A DNA stretch of 41,891 nucleotides, taken from the sequence record SRR22947727_99; one strand, written 5' to 3'. The first letter of the stretch is position 1; each line of letters opens with the position of its first letter. The notes below the pieces were generated by a model. It was not told the DNA's origin and ran no database searches. It saw only the letters and a program-made list of their open reading frames with translations. This document shows positions 19,104-28,735 of this stretch, in pieces. A program made the translations under genes and the position numbers.

Positions 19104-20213
19104 TTAATTTTCTATATTTTGAATTAATTCAAGATACTTATTTCCAATTGCTTCCCAAGTAAAATCATTTTTGGCTCGTAATTTTGCTTTTTTTCCTAGT
19201 TCATTTAATTTTGACATATTAGCAAGAAGATCTTTTAAAGAGGTATAGAGCTCAGACATATCAGAAATAATAATTCCAGTCTCATTATGAATAACTGCTT
19301 CTGGAGTCCCACCAACATTGGAAGCAATTGAGGGAATACCATAATATGCAGCCTCTAAATAAGCTATCCCAAAACCTTCAATAGAATTCTTTTCAGACTC
19401 ATCAAGTGTAGGCATGACCATAAGATTTGTATTTTTAAAAAGATATTTTTTTTGATTTTCATTAATGTCACCAAGAAAAATAACATTTTTAATGATATCT
19501 AATTCTAAAGTTATTTTTTTCAAATTTTCAAACTCAATTCCTGATCCAGCAATAATATATAAAATATTCGGATGTTCTGCTTTCAATTTTGCAATAACTG
19601 ATAATATATATGCATGCCCTTTTCTTTTTTCTAATCTGGCTAAAGTTGTAATTACTGGTTGACCATTTATATTTGAAATTATTTCTTCATTTAAGTGAAT
19701 AGTATTTTTAGCACCTGGATAAATACATGTTATCTTTTGATTGGTAATACCAATATCTTTAACAAGACTAAGTGTAAAATTTGAATTGGTAACAATATGT
19801 GTAACTTTATTTAATGTTGATATAACACGTAATTTTTTTGAAGAATTTTTTACAATAAGTTCATTTCCGTGAGCAAGACATATTGAAGGAACAGATAAAG
19901 ATTTTAAAGTATCTATGGTAAGTTCAAAACTTTTCCAACTATCTGCAATCACATGAGAAATTTTATTAGAAGATAATAATTTTTTTAATTCTGATAATTT
20001 TTTTCTTTTTCTAAAAAATTTTATTCCACTAATTCTACTCATACTTATATTTTGATCATATTTTGTATCATGATCACTATCATTCTTTTTATCATACTGA
20101 TCAGCAAGAACTAAAACTTCATGGGTTTTGCTTAATTCAATTGAGAGATTTTCTATAAGACTTTCTATACCTCCAATTTTAGGAGGAAAACATTGAGTTA
20201 AAATAATAATCAT
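19104..20213 (-). CDS. Glycosyltransferase family 4 (GT-B)
   Basis: FPPKIGGIE, HGNE, ARLEKRKG, EGFGIAYLEA, GGTPEAV. Confidence 0.9.
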   Translation of the reverse strand: MIIILTQCFPPKIGGIESLIENLSIELSKTHEVLVLADQYDKKNDSDHDTKYDQNISMSRISGIKFFRKRKKLSELKKLLSSNKISHVIADSWKSFELTIDTLKSLSVPSICLAHGNELIVKNSSKKLRVISTLNKVTHIVTNSNFTLSLVKDIGITNQKITCIYPGAKNTIHLNEEIISNINGQPVITTLARLEKRKGHAYILSVIAKLKAEHPNILYIIAGSGIEFENLKKITLELDIIKNVIFLGDINENQKKYLFKNTNLMVMPTLDESEKNSIEGFGIAYLEAAYYGIPSIASNVGGTPEAVIHNETGIIISDMSELYTSLKDLLANMSKLNELGKKAKLRAKNDFTWEAIGNKYLELIQNIEN

Positions 20214-20325
20214 TGAATAATAATAACTATCTTGAAATGACGTTGAAGTGTACGTTTTATTTAAGAAGAGTTATATTTTTTATAAAATTATCTTTATACT
20301 TTTATTTGAGTCAATTTGATTAATA

Positions 20326-20390
20326 TATATGCATAAATTGCATATAACTTATGTATTTAACTTGCTTGAATTGCATAATAAAAATATTAT
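20326..20390 (+). promoter_or_regulatory. Tandem LysR-type (T-N11-A) boxes plus sigma70-like promoter of the small-protein operon
   Basis: TATATGCA-TAAAT-TGCATATA perfect palindrome (20326-20346); second TGC-N7-GCA at 20363-20375 overlapping TTGCTT-17 bp-TATTAT (20362-20390). Confidence 0.6.
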
Positions 20391-20412
20391 ATTAAGAAAA
20401 AAAAGGAATAAA

Positions 20413-20595
20413 ATGATAAATAATATATTAAAATTTTTTGATCACTCATACAAAAGTATGAGCTTTAATACTTTTGATAAAGTTGATCCTCAATTAGTTA
20501 AATACTTTAGAACTGAATATGGTCAAGACTGGCAATCAGCTTTAACTGAACATTTGTATAAGAAAGAGTCTAGTAATGTTAAAAAAGCTGCTTAA
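20413..20595 (+). CDS. Small hypothetical protein (60 aa, YFRTEYGQDW core)
   Basis: SD-like AAAGGA before the ATG at 20413. The upstream 28 codons of the 88-aa track ORF overlap the promoter/operator. Confidence 0.7.
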   Translation: MINNILKFFDHSYKSMSFNTFDKVDPQLVKYFRTEYGQDWQSALTEHLYKKESSNVKKAA

Positions 20596-20737
20596 CAAAT
20601 TTTTTAGATGATTCACTTTTGATTATGATAGAGAACGTGTAGAAAAATATTTATCTCAATCATCTAACACATATGATTTAGAGCAAAGAATTCGTGAACT
20701 AGATCGAAACAAAAAAACCAACCAATATTATATTTAA
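20576..20737 (+). pseudogene. DUF3563-like small protein interrupted by an in-frame TGA (pseudogene, recoded gene or sequencing error)
   Basis: MLKKLLNKFFR*FTFDYDRERVEKYLSQSSNTYDLEQRIRELDRNKKTNQYYI*. YL...YDLE.R.RELDR resembles DUF3563; TGA at 20609-20611. Confidence 0.7.
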
Positions 20738-20749
20738 ATATTACCAGAG

Positions 20750-22510
20750 TTAGAGGGGCTTAGTTACATTTTGTAACCAGTTCTTCTCCTCTAGGGTAAG
20801 AAATATTGATAATTTTTCAAATACCATTTTATGATAATTATTTATCCAATTTAGTTCTCTGCTATTCAGCATATTAGGATCAATAAGATCCTTATCGATA
20901 GGTGCCCATGAAATATTTTCAAATTTAAGTAGATTTTCTTTATCTTCTTTTACAACAATTATATTTTCAATTCGAATACCGTATTCACCTTCTTTGTAAT
21001 ATCCAGGTTCATTAGATAATATCATTCCTGGCAATAATTCAACACTGGGAAACATACTCTTTTTGGAGATCCGTTGAGGTGCCTCATGAACACTTAAAAA
21101 ACTTCCAATTCCATGACCAGTTCCATGATCATAGTCACAGTTTATTTCTTGTAAGCTCTCTCTTGCCAAATAATCAATATCCGTTCCCTTTGTGCCTTTT
21201 TTAAAAGTATGAGATGAAAGATTAATATGCCCCTTTAAAACTCTTGTAAATCTGTCTATTTGCTCTTTATTTGGGTTTCCTAGTATTATCGTTCGTGTAA
21301 TATCAGTTGTTCCATCATAATATTGTCCTCCAGAGTCAGATAAATAAATACAATTATTTTTAAGTGATACTGGATTGTTTTTATCTGCTCGGTAATGAGG
21401 AAGGGCAGCATTTTTACCAATAGCTGATATTGAATCAAAAGAGACTGAATGGAACAACTCATTTGACTCCCTAAAAGATAATAATTTATTGGCGACAGAG
21501 ATCTCATTTTCTTCTTCAACACTCTGGTGATTTTTTAACCAATATAAAAATTTTGTTATGCTTGCACCATCTCTTAGATGAGCTTTTCTAGATCCTTCTA
21601 TCTCAGTTTCATTTTTAGTTGCCTTGGGTATTAAGCAAGGGTTTTGTAAATGTGAGGGTACAAGATCATTGCCTAGAGCTAAATCATAAAAAAAATATGA
21701 AGTGTTTTTATAATCGAAACCAACTTTTAATTTTGTAGTTAGGTGCTTAAAAATATTTTCAATTTCTACAATAGGTTGTAAATTTAAAAAATTACTAAGT
21801 CGATCTTTTAAATCGGTATTTAATTTTTCTATAGAAAGATATAAAATAGGTTTATTTTTAACTGAAATAAATAAATAAGAAAATGCAAGAGGGGTATGCA
21901 AAATATCATCTGCTCTGATATTCAACAACCAGGCAATAGAATCAAGACTTGATAAAAAATAACTATCTAGATTATTATGTTTTAGCTCCTTAACAAATTG
22001 ATCAATTTTATTTGACGCGTCAATTCCTGCATAATTTATTGGATGATTAAAAATTACACTATATTTTCGTTTGGGTTTATCTATCCAGAGTTCATCTATT
22101 AAATTAGGTGAGGTAAAATGTAATTTTGTTTCTTTCTCTTTTGCTAGCTCAACAATTTTATTCATCTCTTCGATGGAATGAAGCATTGGATCTAAAGCAA
22201 CACATTTATTTTTTTCAAAATGTTTACTTATTTCTGTAGAAAAATCGTTCCAATGCAATAGTGAGATGGCATTTTCATCTATTTGTGCTTTAGCCTGAAA
22301 AGTATATCTGCCGTCTACAAATAAATTAGATGAATTTTGACAAATTATTGCTCTTCCCGCTGAACCTGAAAAATTAGTAGCCCAATGCAACCTCTCAGCA
22401 TCAGCAGGGATATATTCATTTAAAAATTCATCTGTTCGATTAATAATTAAAGAGTCTATTTTTTTATCTTTTAATTTTTGTTGAATTTTTGCAATTTTTA
22501 AATTTTTCAT
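20750..22510 (-). CDS. Xaa-Pro aminopeptidase (M24B, creatinase-like N-terminal domains)
   Basis: DEFLNEY, FSGSAG, DSGGQYYDGTTDITRT, HGTGHGIG..LSVHEAP, SNEPGYY, GIRIEN. Confidence 0.93.
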   Translation of the reverse strand: MKNLKIAKIQQKLKDKKIDSLIINRTDEFLNEYIPADAERLHWATNFSGSAGRAIICQNSSNLFVDGRYTFQAKAQIDENAISLLHWNDFSTEISKHFEKNKCVALDPMLHSIEEMNKIVELAKEKETKLHFTSPNLIDELWIDKPKRKYSVIFNHPINYAGIDASNKIDQFVKELKHNNLDSYFLSSLDSIAWLLNIRADDILHTPLAFSYLFISVKNKPILYLSIEKLNTDLKDRLSNFLNLQPIVEIENIFKHLTTKLKVGFDYKNTSYFFYDLALGNDLVPSHLQNPCLIPKATKNETEIEGSRKAHLRDGASITKFLYWLKNHQSVEEENEISVANKLLSFRESNELFHSVSFDSISAIGKNAALPHYRADKNNPVSLKNNCIYLSDSGGQYYDGTTDITRTIILGNPNKEQIDRFTRVLKGHINLSSHTFKKGTKGTDIDYLARESLQEINCDYDHGTGHGIGSFLSVHEAPQRISKKSMFPSVELLPGMILSNEPGYYKEGEYGIRIENIIVVKEDKENLLKFENISWAPIDKDLIDPNMLNSRELNWINNYHKMVFEKLSIFLTLEEKNWLQNVTKPL

Positions 22511-23472
22511 AAACTTCTAAATATATCTATGTCAATATTTCCTCCAGAAATCATTACGACAACATTTTTACTCTTTAAATTTATTTTTTTATATAACGCG
22601 GCAGTAGCCGCAACAGCCCCTCCAGGTTCTACAACAATTTTTAAATGTTCAGCTAAAATTTTAATAGAATTTTTTACCTCTTGGTCTTCTACAACTATTC
22701 CTCCTGATAAAGTTTTAAGATTTATTGGGAAAGTTAATTGTCCTGGCTGAGGTGTAATAATAGCGTCACAGATAGATTGAAATCCAGGTTTATTTGTGGT
22801 TATTTTTTTATTAAAAAGTGAGAGCTTTGTATCATCAAAACCATATGGCTCTACTGCATATGATTTAAGATTAGGATATTTATATTTCAAATAAGTTGAT
22901 GTACCTGCTACTAGACCTCCACCTCCACAACAACATAAATACACATCGGGCGTAATAGATAAATTCTCTAAATCCTTAGTAATCTCATATCCTGCCGTCC
23001 CTTGTCCAGCTATGATATCATAATCATCGTAAGGTTTTATAAGTATTCTATTTTCTTTCTTCTCAATCTCGTGTCCTATTTCTTCTCTTATTTCTTTTTG
23101 GGGGTCATATAAAATAACTTCTGCTTTATATTTTCGAGTATTTTCAATTTTAATTTTTGGTGCATTGTTAGGCATAATAATTTTGGCGCTAATGTTATTT
23201 TGTAATGCAGCATAAGCTACAGCTTGCGCATGATTACCCGAAGAGTATGCAACAAGGCCATTTAATTTTTGCTCTTTAGAAAGTTTACTGATTTTGTAAG
23301 TAGCTCCTCGAAGTTTAAATGATCCTGTTTTTTGTAAATTTTCTAACTTAAAATAGATTTTTGCTTCCAATAATTGATTTATGTAGTCATTTGAGATTAA
23401 TGGAGTTTTAACAAGCAAATGCTTAATTTTTTCATAAGCTGTTTCAATATTTAAATAATTAAAATCTGACAT
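22507..23472 (-). CDS. PLP-dependent serine/threonine dehydratase family protein lacking ACT domain
   Basis: ENLQKTGSFKLRGA, SSGNHAQ, GGGGL, SGGN. Confidence 0.88.
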   Translation of the reverse strand: MSDFNYLNIETAYEKIKHLLVKTPLISNDYINQLLEAKIYFKLENLQKTGSFKLRGATYKISKLSKEQKLNGLVAYSSGNHAQAVAYAALQNNISAKIIMPNNAPKIKIENTRKYKAEVILYDPQKEIREEIGHEIEKKENRILIKPYDDYDIIAGQGTAGYEITKDLENLSITPDVYLCCCGGGGLVAGTSTYLKYKYPNLKSYAVEPYGFDDTKLSLFNKKITTNKPGFQSICDAIITPQPGQLTFPINLKTLSGGIVVEDQEVKNSIKILAEHLKIVVEPGGAVAATAALYKKINLKSKNVVVMISGGNIDIDIFRSL

Positions 23473-23523
23473 TAATTTTGCATTTTATTTGAATTGATGA
23501 GAAAAAAATATATTTAATTAACT

Positions 23524-23796
23524 ATGAACCAAAAAAATCTTGTATCTCCTTGTATTAGTGTTTGCAAAACTGACCCCGTAAGTGGTTATTGCTACGGATG
23601 CGGAAGATCTGGCGATGATAAAAAAGCTTGGAAAGATGAAAACACTTCAAACGAATGGAAATTAAAAAATATTGAAGAATTAAGAAGCCGACTTCATGGA
23701 TGGCAGTTAGAAGCTTTTAATGAGTCCTATAAATCAAAACAAGAAACTGGATTATCTTTAATTAAGAAGAAATTATTAGAGTCCCGTAATAGTTAA
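23524..23796 (+). CDS. DUF1289 family Cys-rich small protein
   Basis: SPCISVC...GYCYGCGR...W motif. Confidence 0.8.
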   Translation: MNQKNLVSPCISVCKTDPVSGYCYGCGRSGDDKKAWKDENTSNEWKLKNIEELRSRLHGWQLEAFNESYKSKQETGLSLIKKKLLESRNS

Positions 23797-23809
23797 AATA
23801 ATTATCAGA

Positions 23810-24544
23810 TTAGTAATCAATTTTTTTTAGGTACAAACCATTTGCTGGGGCAGTTTGACCAGCTACCTCTCTATTCTTAGAATTAATTACATCTATAATT
23901 GTTTTATTAATATTACCTTTGGCAATATCAACTAATGTACCAACCATTATTCTTACTTGCGAATGTAAAAAAGATTTTGCACTTATCTCTATGATAATCT
24001 TCTCATCTTTATTATCAATAGAAACACTATCAATTGTTTTAGTACTATTTTTAGATTGACAATGTGCAGAACGAAATGCATTCAAATCATGTTTTCCTAA
24101 AAAAGAAAATGATTCACTTTTCATTTTTTCAATATCCAAATTCTTGTAAACACACCAAGCACGATTTACATCGATCGTTAAAGGAGGTCTTCTATTAATA
24201 ATTTTATATTCATACCATCTTTTTTTTGCAGAAAATCTTGCATGAAAATCATCCTCAACTAATTCTGCCTTTTGAATCGCTATCGGCTGAGGTCTTAAAT
24301 GCTGATTTAACCCATCTCTAATTACATCTGTTTCAATTTTTTTACTCAGCGAAAAAGAAGCTACTTGACCATAAGCATGTACACCAGCATCTGTTCTTCC
24401 AGCTCCAAAAATTGTTACTTTTTCACTTGATAGTTTGATTAACGCGTCTTGAAGAGCGCTTTGAATAGATTGTCCATTTTTTTGTTGCTGCCAACCAACA
24501 AAATTTGTACCATCATACTCAATCACAATTTTATAATTATACAT
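23810..24544 (-). CDS. truA: tRNA pseudouridine(38-40) synthase
   Basis: YDGTNFVGWQ, GAGRTDAGVHA, FHARFSA, SFLHSQVRIMVG, TAPANGLYL. Confidence 0.97.
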   Translation of the reverse strand: MYNYKIVIEYDGTNFVGWQQQKNGQSIQSALQDALIKLSSEKVTIFGAGRTDAGVHAYGQVASFSLSKKIETDVIRDGLNQHLRPQPIAIQKAELVEDDFHARFSAKKRWYEYKIINRRPPLTIDVNRAWCVYKNLDIEKMKSESFSFLGKHDLNAFRSAHCQSKNSTKTIDSVSIDNKDEKIIIEISAKSFLHSQVRIMVGTLVDIAKGNINKTIIDVINSKNREVAGQTAPANGLYLKKIDY

Positions 24545-25460
24545 TTAACTTATCTTGAATTGAAAAAGTAAATCCACGTAAAAAATCATCTAAGCTGACT
24601 ACTTTTTTTCCTTCCCGTTGAATAAGTAAGGGCAGAATAGCTCCATCTTTACAAGCTATCATAAAATTTTTATTCAAAATTGTTGAACTTTCTCCTAATT
24701 CATTAATTTTTTTTCCCTTTATAATTTTTATTCTCTCTCCTCTATAAGTAAACCATGACCCTGGTTTTGGTCCGTGTGCACGTATGTGATTAAAAACTTC
24801 ATCAGATGAATTATAAAAGTTGATTTTTCTATCTTCAGATAAAAATTTATGTGCATAGGTGACTTTGCTTTCATCTTGTTCTTTTCTAATTAGTTTATTT
24901 TCAAAAAAAAGCGGTAAAGTTTTCATTAGTGTTTTTTTGCCAAGATTAGTAAGATTTAAAGTTAACTCATCACGATTGATATCTTTATCAAGTGCAAAAC
25001 TTTCTTGCATAAGAATATCCCCTGCATCTAGCTTAGGGGAAACACTAATTATGCTAATTCCCGTTTTGTCATCGCCAGCCAACAGGGCATGCTCTATAGG
25101 GGCCGCCCCTCTCCATCTAGGCAATAAAGATACATGTATATTAATACAGCCATATTTGGGAATAGTTAAAAAACTTGAAGGTAAAATTATTCCATAGGCA
25201 ATAACAATAATTAAATCAGGCTCTAAACTTTTAACTTTTTCTATAACAGTGTCATCTATTGTGGAGGGATAAAAAACTTCTATATTATTTTTATCTGCAA
25301 TTTGGTGTACATCGCTTTTTTTGATACGCATCCCTCTGTTTTTTTTTCTTGGAGGCTGTGTAAAAATACCAACTATATTTAAATTATTTTCAATTAAAAC
25401 ATTTAGATGTTGAGCAGCTATATTAGGCGTGCCCATAAAAATAATTTTTTTATCTTTCAT
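24537..25460 (-). CDS. fmt: Methionyl-tRNA formyltransferase
   Basis: IFMGTP, AYG, NIHVSLLPRWRGAAPI, LDAGD. Confidence 0.96.
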   Translation of the reverse strand: MKDKKIIFMGTPNIAAQHLNVLIENNLNIVGIFTQPPRKKNRGMRIKKSDVHQIADKNNIEVFYPSTIDDTVIEKVKSLEPDLIIVIAYGIILPSSFLTIPKYGCINIHVSLLPRWRGAAPIEHALLAGDDKTGISIISVSPKLDAGDILMQESFALDKDINRDELTLNLTNLGKKTLMKTLPLFFENKLIRKEQDESKVTYAHKFLSEDRKINFYNSSDEVFNHIRAHGPKPGSWFTYRGERIKIIKGKKINELGESSTILNKNFMIACKDGAILPLLIQREGKKVVSLDDFLRGFTFSIQDKLNV

Positions 25461-25967
25461 TTATTTTTTTAAATGTTGTAATTTTTTAACTTTTTTTATT
25501 AACACATTTCTTTTTAAAGAAGATAAATAATCAACAAACAATTTCCCTGATAAATGGTCTATTTCATGTTGTACAATTCTTGCTTCATAACCATCTATTT
25601 GCTTCTTTATTATTTTTTCATTTTCATCCATATATTCTAAAATAATCTCTTTTGGACGCTCAACATCTGCATACTGCTCTGGTAATGATAAGCATCCTTC
25701 CTCCATTACTATAGTTTCTTCTGAATATTGAATAATGGAAGGATTAAATAAAATATAATTAGCTTTTTTATTATTTTCTTTATCTTCAAAATTTATTGTA
25801 ACAATTTGCTTTAAAATACCAACTTGATTAGCTGCCAGCCCCACTCCTGGAGCCTTGATCATAGCCTCCATCATTTGATTAGCAATGTTAATATCTTCTT
25901 TAGAAAGAGATTTTAGTTTATTAGCCTTTTGACGTAAAACAGGGTGTGGAACTAATAATATTTCCAT
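25461..25967 (-). CDS. def: Peptide deformylase
   Basis: GVGLAANQ, EGCLS, QHEIDHL. Confidence 0.97.
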   Translation of the reverse strand: MEILLVPHPVLRQKANKLKSLSKEDINIANQMMEAMIKAPGVGLAANQVGILKQIVTINFEDKENNKKANYILFNPSIIQYSEETIVMEEGCLSLPEQYADVERPKEIILEYMDENEKIIKKQIDGYEARIVQHEIDHLSGKLFVDYLSSLKRNVLIKKVKKLQHLKK

Positions 25968-25974
25968 AAAATGA

Positions 25975-26574
25975 CTAAACTATTTTTTTTCTAGATTGAA
26001 AAGCAGTATTGAGAGTATTCTCATCTAAATAATGGACCTCTCCTCCGATTGGTATTCCTTGAGCTAATCGTGTTACCGTTAAATCTTTAAAGACCTCTAA
26101 TTTATCGGCAATAACATGGGTTGTTGTTTGTCCTTCCATCGTTGTACTTAATGCTAAAATTACTTCAGTAATTTCATTTTGCTCAATTCTCTTTAAAAGT
26201 TTAGTTATTGTAAGCTCTTCTGTACCAATACCATTTATTGCCGATAAGGAACCTCCTAGGACATGGTATAAACCTCTATAAAAACCTGTTCGCTCAAATG
26301 TCCACAAATCTGAAACATCTTCAATAATACAAATTGATTTTATATCTCTATTAGAGTTCGAACAAATATTGCAGGGATTGATCATATCAACATTACCACA
26401 ATTAGAACATTCACTTATTAATTTATGAGAAGACTCTAAAGTTTGAATTAAAGGTAAAAGTGACCGGTCCTTATTTTTTAAAAGATAAAGAGCGATCCGT
26501 TGAGATGATCGTCTTCCTAAACCAGGTAATTTAGAAATATCAGTTATTAATTTTTCTATAGCTGATCCGTCCAT
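25975..26574 (-). CDS. recR: Recombination mediator RecR
   Basis: LPGLGRRS HhH, CSNC..CNIC zinc finger, YHVLGG, EGQTT, RLAQGIPIGG. Confidence 0.96.
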   Translation of the reverse strand: MDGSAIEKLITDISKLPGLGRRSSQRIALYLLKNKDRSLLPLIQTLESSHKLISECSNCGNVDMINPCNICSNSNRDIKSICIIEDVSDLWTFERTGFYRGLYHVLGGSLSAINGIGTEELTITKLLKRIEQNEITEVILALSTTMEGQTTTHVIADKLEVFKDLTVTRLAQGIPIGGEVHYLDENTLNTAFQSRKKIV

Positions 26575-26577
26575 TAT

Positions 26578-26901
26578 TTAAAAAGGTAATTTCATTCCTG
26601 GAGGCAATGGCAATCCACCAGTAACAGATTTCATTTCTTCTTGTGCTGCTACCTCTCCTTTTTGTTTAGCATCGTTAATAGCTGCAACAATTAAATCTTC
26701 TGTTATTTCTTTATCTTCAGGTTTCAATAAACTTTCATCAAGATTAATTCTTTTTATTTCACCTTTTGCAGTAGCAGTAACTTTTACCACTCCTCCTCCT
26801 GACACACCCTCAACTTCAATATCATTAAGTTTTTCTTGTGCATCCGCCATTTTTTTTTGAAGCTGCTGAGCTTGCTTCATCATATTACCTATATTAACCA
26901 T
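26578..26901 (-). CDS. ybaB: Nucleoid-associated protein YbaB/EbfC
   Basis: MMKQAQQLQ, SGGGVV, EDLIVAAINDA; dnaX-ybaB-recR synteny. Confidence 0.95.
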   Translation of the reverse strand: MVNIGNMMKQAQQLQKKMADAQEKLNDIEVEGVSGGGVVKVTATAKGEIKRINLDESLLKPEDKEITEDLIVAAINDAKQKGEVAAQEEMKSVTGGLPLPPGMKLPF

Positions 26902-28586
26902 TATACCTCCTTTTGCTTTTCAGAATTAGTTACATCAATTGTTTCATCAACTGTATCCGTAATATCAGTAATAGAATGAATACTCAAACCTGGAAGAGCC
27001 TCTAGTATTTTTTTTATTTCTGGATGATTTTTCATAACTTTAATTTCGTTTTGTTGATTCACCACATCTTCTTCACTAAGAGAGCTGCCTACATTGCTAT
27101 CTGAAGAGTGAATTTGCCATATTCTACCTGTCCACTTTGAAATAAACTTTGCGACATTTCTATTAAAGTGTGGGTCTCTTAAAGTAGACGTATTGATTGT
27201 AACTTCCCCTTCTTTAAATGAAATTAATTTTACTGAATTATACAACTGAGCATGAAGTAATGCCTCTCTTTTTATATAAAAAAAATCAACAAATTGTCTA
27301 AAGTTAGAAATTTGTATTGCAGTAGTATTTACAGTTTCATTTTTAACAGGTGAATCATTATTATTTGAATTACTTTCTATTTCAATTTTTTTTTTTACTA
27401 TGTTATCTGATGTTTCTAATTTAGGTTGATCAATCTTATTTGAAGAATTTTTTTTATTTGGTTCTTCTGGTTGAGGACTATTAGTAATGAAGATAAGTCT
27501 TACAATTATCATCTCTCCATGCTGAAATAAATGAAAACCATTTTGTAATTCTTGAAAACCTTTAAATAATACTTGCCACATTATACTTAGTGAGTTCATC
27601 GAAAGCTGAGTTGCAAACTCACTTCCCTTAACTCTTTCCAATTCAGGAATTGAAATGTCATTTTGTATATTGGGTGAAATTTTGATTTGAGTAATAGAAT
27701 GTATTACATTTAATAGCTCTTCAAAAATCATCAAAATATCAGCTCCTGAGTTATATAGATTTCTAAATAAATCTAATGACTCACTAGCCTTGCCTTTTGC
27801 TATATGCCCGAGAAGTTCATAAATCTTTCCTCTATCTGCTAGCCCCAACATGTTTGCAACTGTCTCAGCACTAACTGAAGTATCAGTATTTATTATAGCT
27901 TGGTCAAGCAAACTTAGAGAGTCTCTAACAGAACCATCACCTGCTCTAACCAAAAGAGAAATTGCACCTTCATCTATTTTCACTTTTTCTAATTCTGAAA
28001 TTTTCTTAAGATGTTGAGTTAAGTCTTTTGACTCTACTCTTTTGAGATCAAATCTTTGACATCTAGATAAAATCGTCACAGGAATTTTCTTAACTTCAGT
28101 AGTAGCAAAAATAAACTTCACATGCTCTGGTGGCTCCTCTAAAGTTTTAAGCAATGCATTAAAGGCGCTTTTCGAAAGCATATGCACTTCATCAATTATA
28201 AAAATTTTAAATTTGCAATTTACTGGCTTATACTTAACATTATCAATAATTTCTCTAACATCGTCAACGCCAGTCTTACTTGCGGCATCCATTTCAATAA
28301 CATCTAAATTATGATCAGATCTAATTGATTTGCATGAATCACAAGTACCACATGGTTCACAGCTATTATCTTTCTTATTTTCACAATTCAAGCTCATTGC
28401 AATTAATCTTGCAGTAGTTGTTTTGCCAACACCTCTTACTCCTGTTAAGAGATATGCGTTTGCAATTCTGTTGGTTGTAATAGCATTAGTTAAAATTTGA
28501 ACTAAAGTTTCTTGCCCTATTAAATCAGCAAAAGTTTGTGGCCTATATTTTCTTGCCAATACCTTATATTCTATTTTTTCATTCAT
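26901..28586 (-). CDS. dnaX: DNA polymerase III subunit gamma/tau
   Basis: ARKYRP, GVRGVGKTT, PCGTCDSC, IIDEVHML, TILSRCQRF. Confidence 0.97.
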   Translation of the reverse strand: MNEKIEYKVLARKYRPQTFADLIGQETLVQILTNAITTNRIANAYLLTGVRGVGKTTTARLIAMSLNCENKKDNSCEPCGTCDSCKSIRSDHNLDVIEMDAASKTGVDDVREIIDNVKYKPVNCKFKIFIIDEVHMLSKSAFNALLKTLEEPPEHVKFIFATTEVKKIPVTILSRCQRFDLKRVESKDLTQHLKKISELEKVKIDEGAISLLVRAGDGSVRDSLSLLDQAIINTDTSVSAETVANMLGLADRGKIYELLGHIAKGKASESLDLFRNLYNSGADILMIFEELLNVIHSITQIKISPNIQNDISIPELERVKGSEFATQLSMNSLSIMWQVLFKGFQELQNGFHLFQHGEMIIVRLIFITNSPQPEEPNKKNSSNKIDQPKLETSDNIVKKKIEIESNSNNNDSPVKNETVNTTAIQISNFRQFVDFFYIKREALLHAQLYNSVKLISFKEGEVTINTSTLRDPHFNRNVAKFISKWTGRIWQIHSSDSNVGSSLSEEDVVNQQNEIKVMKNHPEIKKILEALPGLSIHSITDITDTVDETIDVTNSEKQKEV

Positions 28587-28593
28587 AATTAAA

Positions 28594-28682
28594 ATGAAGG
28601 TTCAAGACCCAAACAAACTTGGTACAGCTGCTTCTTTTCAGACCTGACCGGATTAACAAGCAATTCGCCCCCAAACCTTCAT
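28594..28682 (-). ncRNA. ffs: Small signal recognition particle RNA (4.5S)
   Basis: Reverse strand ATGAAGGTT...CCGGTCAGGTCTGAAAAGAAGCAGC...AACCTTCAT: terminal stem plus the helix-8 CAGG/GNRA/AGCAG signature; canonical position upstream of dnaX. Confidence 0.92.
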
Positions 28683-28686
28683 ATGT

Positions 28687-28695
28687 ACTATATCA
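28687..28695 (-). promoter_or_regulatory. Extended -10 element of ffs
   Basis: Reverse strand TG-A-TATAGT a few nt upstream of the ffs stem. Confidence 0.5.
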
Positions 28696-28735
28696 CGTAA
28701 GAATAAAAAAATAACTTGTGATTTAGATTTTATGT

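Noticed and set aside
20329-20412. N-terminal 28 codons of the 88-aa track ORF
   Set aside because: They overlap the operator palindromes and promoter; an SD-like sequence supports the ATG at 20413.
20609-20611. Genome-wide TGA=Trp reassignment (code 4) or selenocysteine as explanation of the in-frame TGA
   Set aside because: The conserved genes use TGG for Trp and four genes end in TGA within ATGA overlaps. There is no Cys-type context or evident SECIS hairpin after the codon.
14799-25197. Track ORFs 14799-15038, 17635-18012, 19465-19662, 21286-21522, 22529-22750 and 24859-25197
   Set aside because: Fully nested in well-supported genes (antisense or alternative frame), with no independent evidence.
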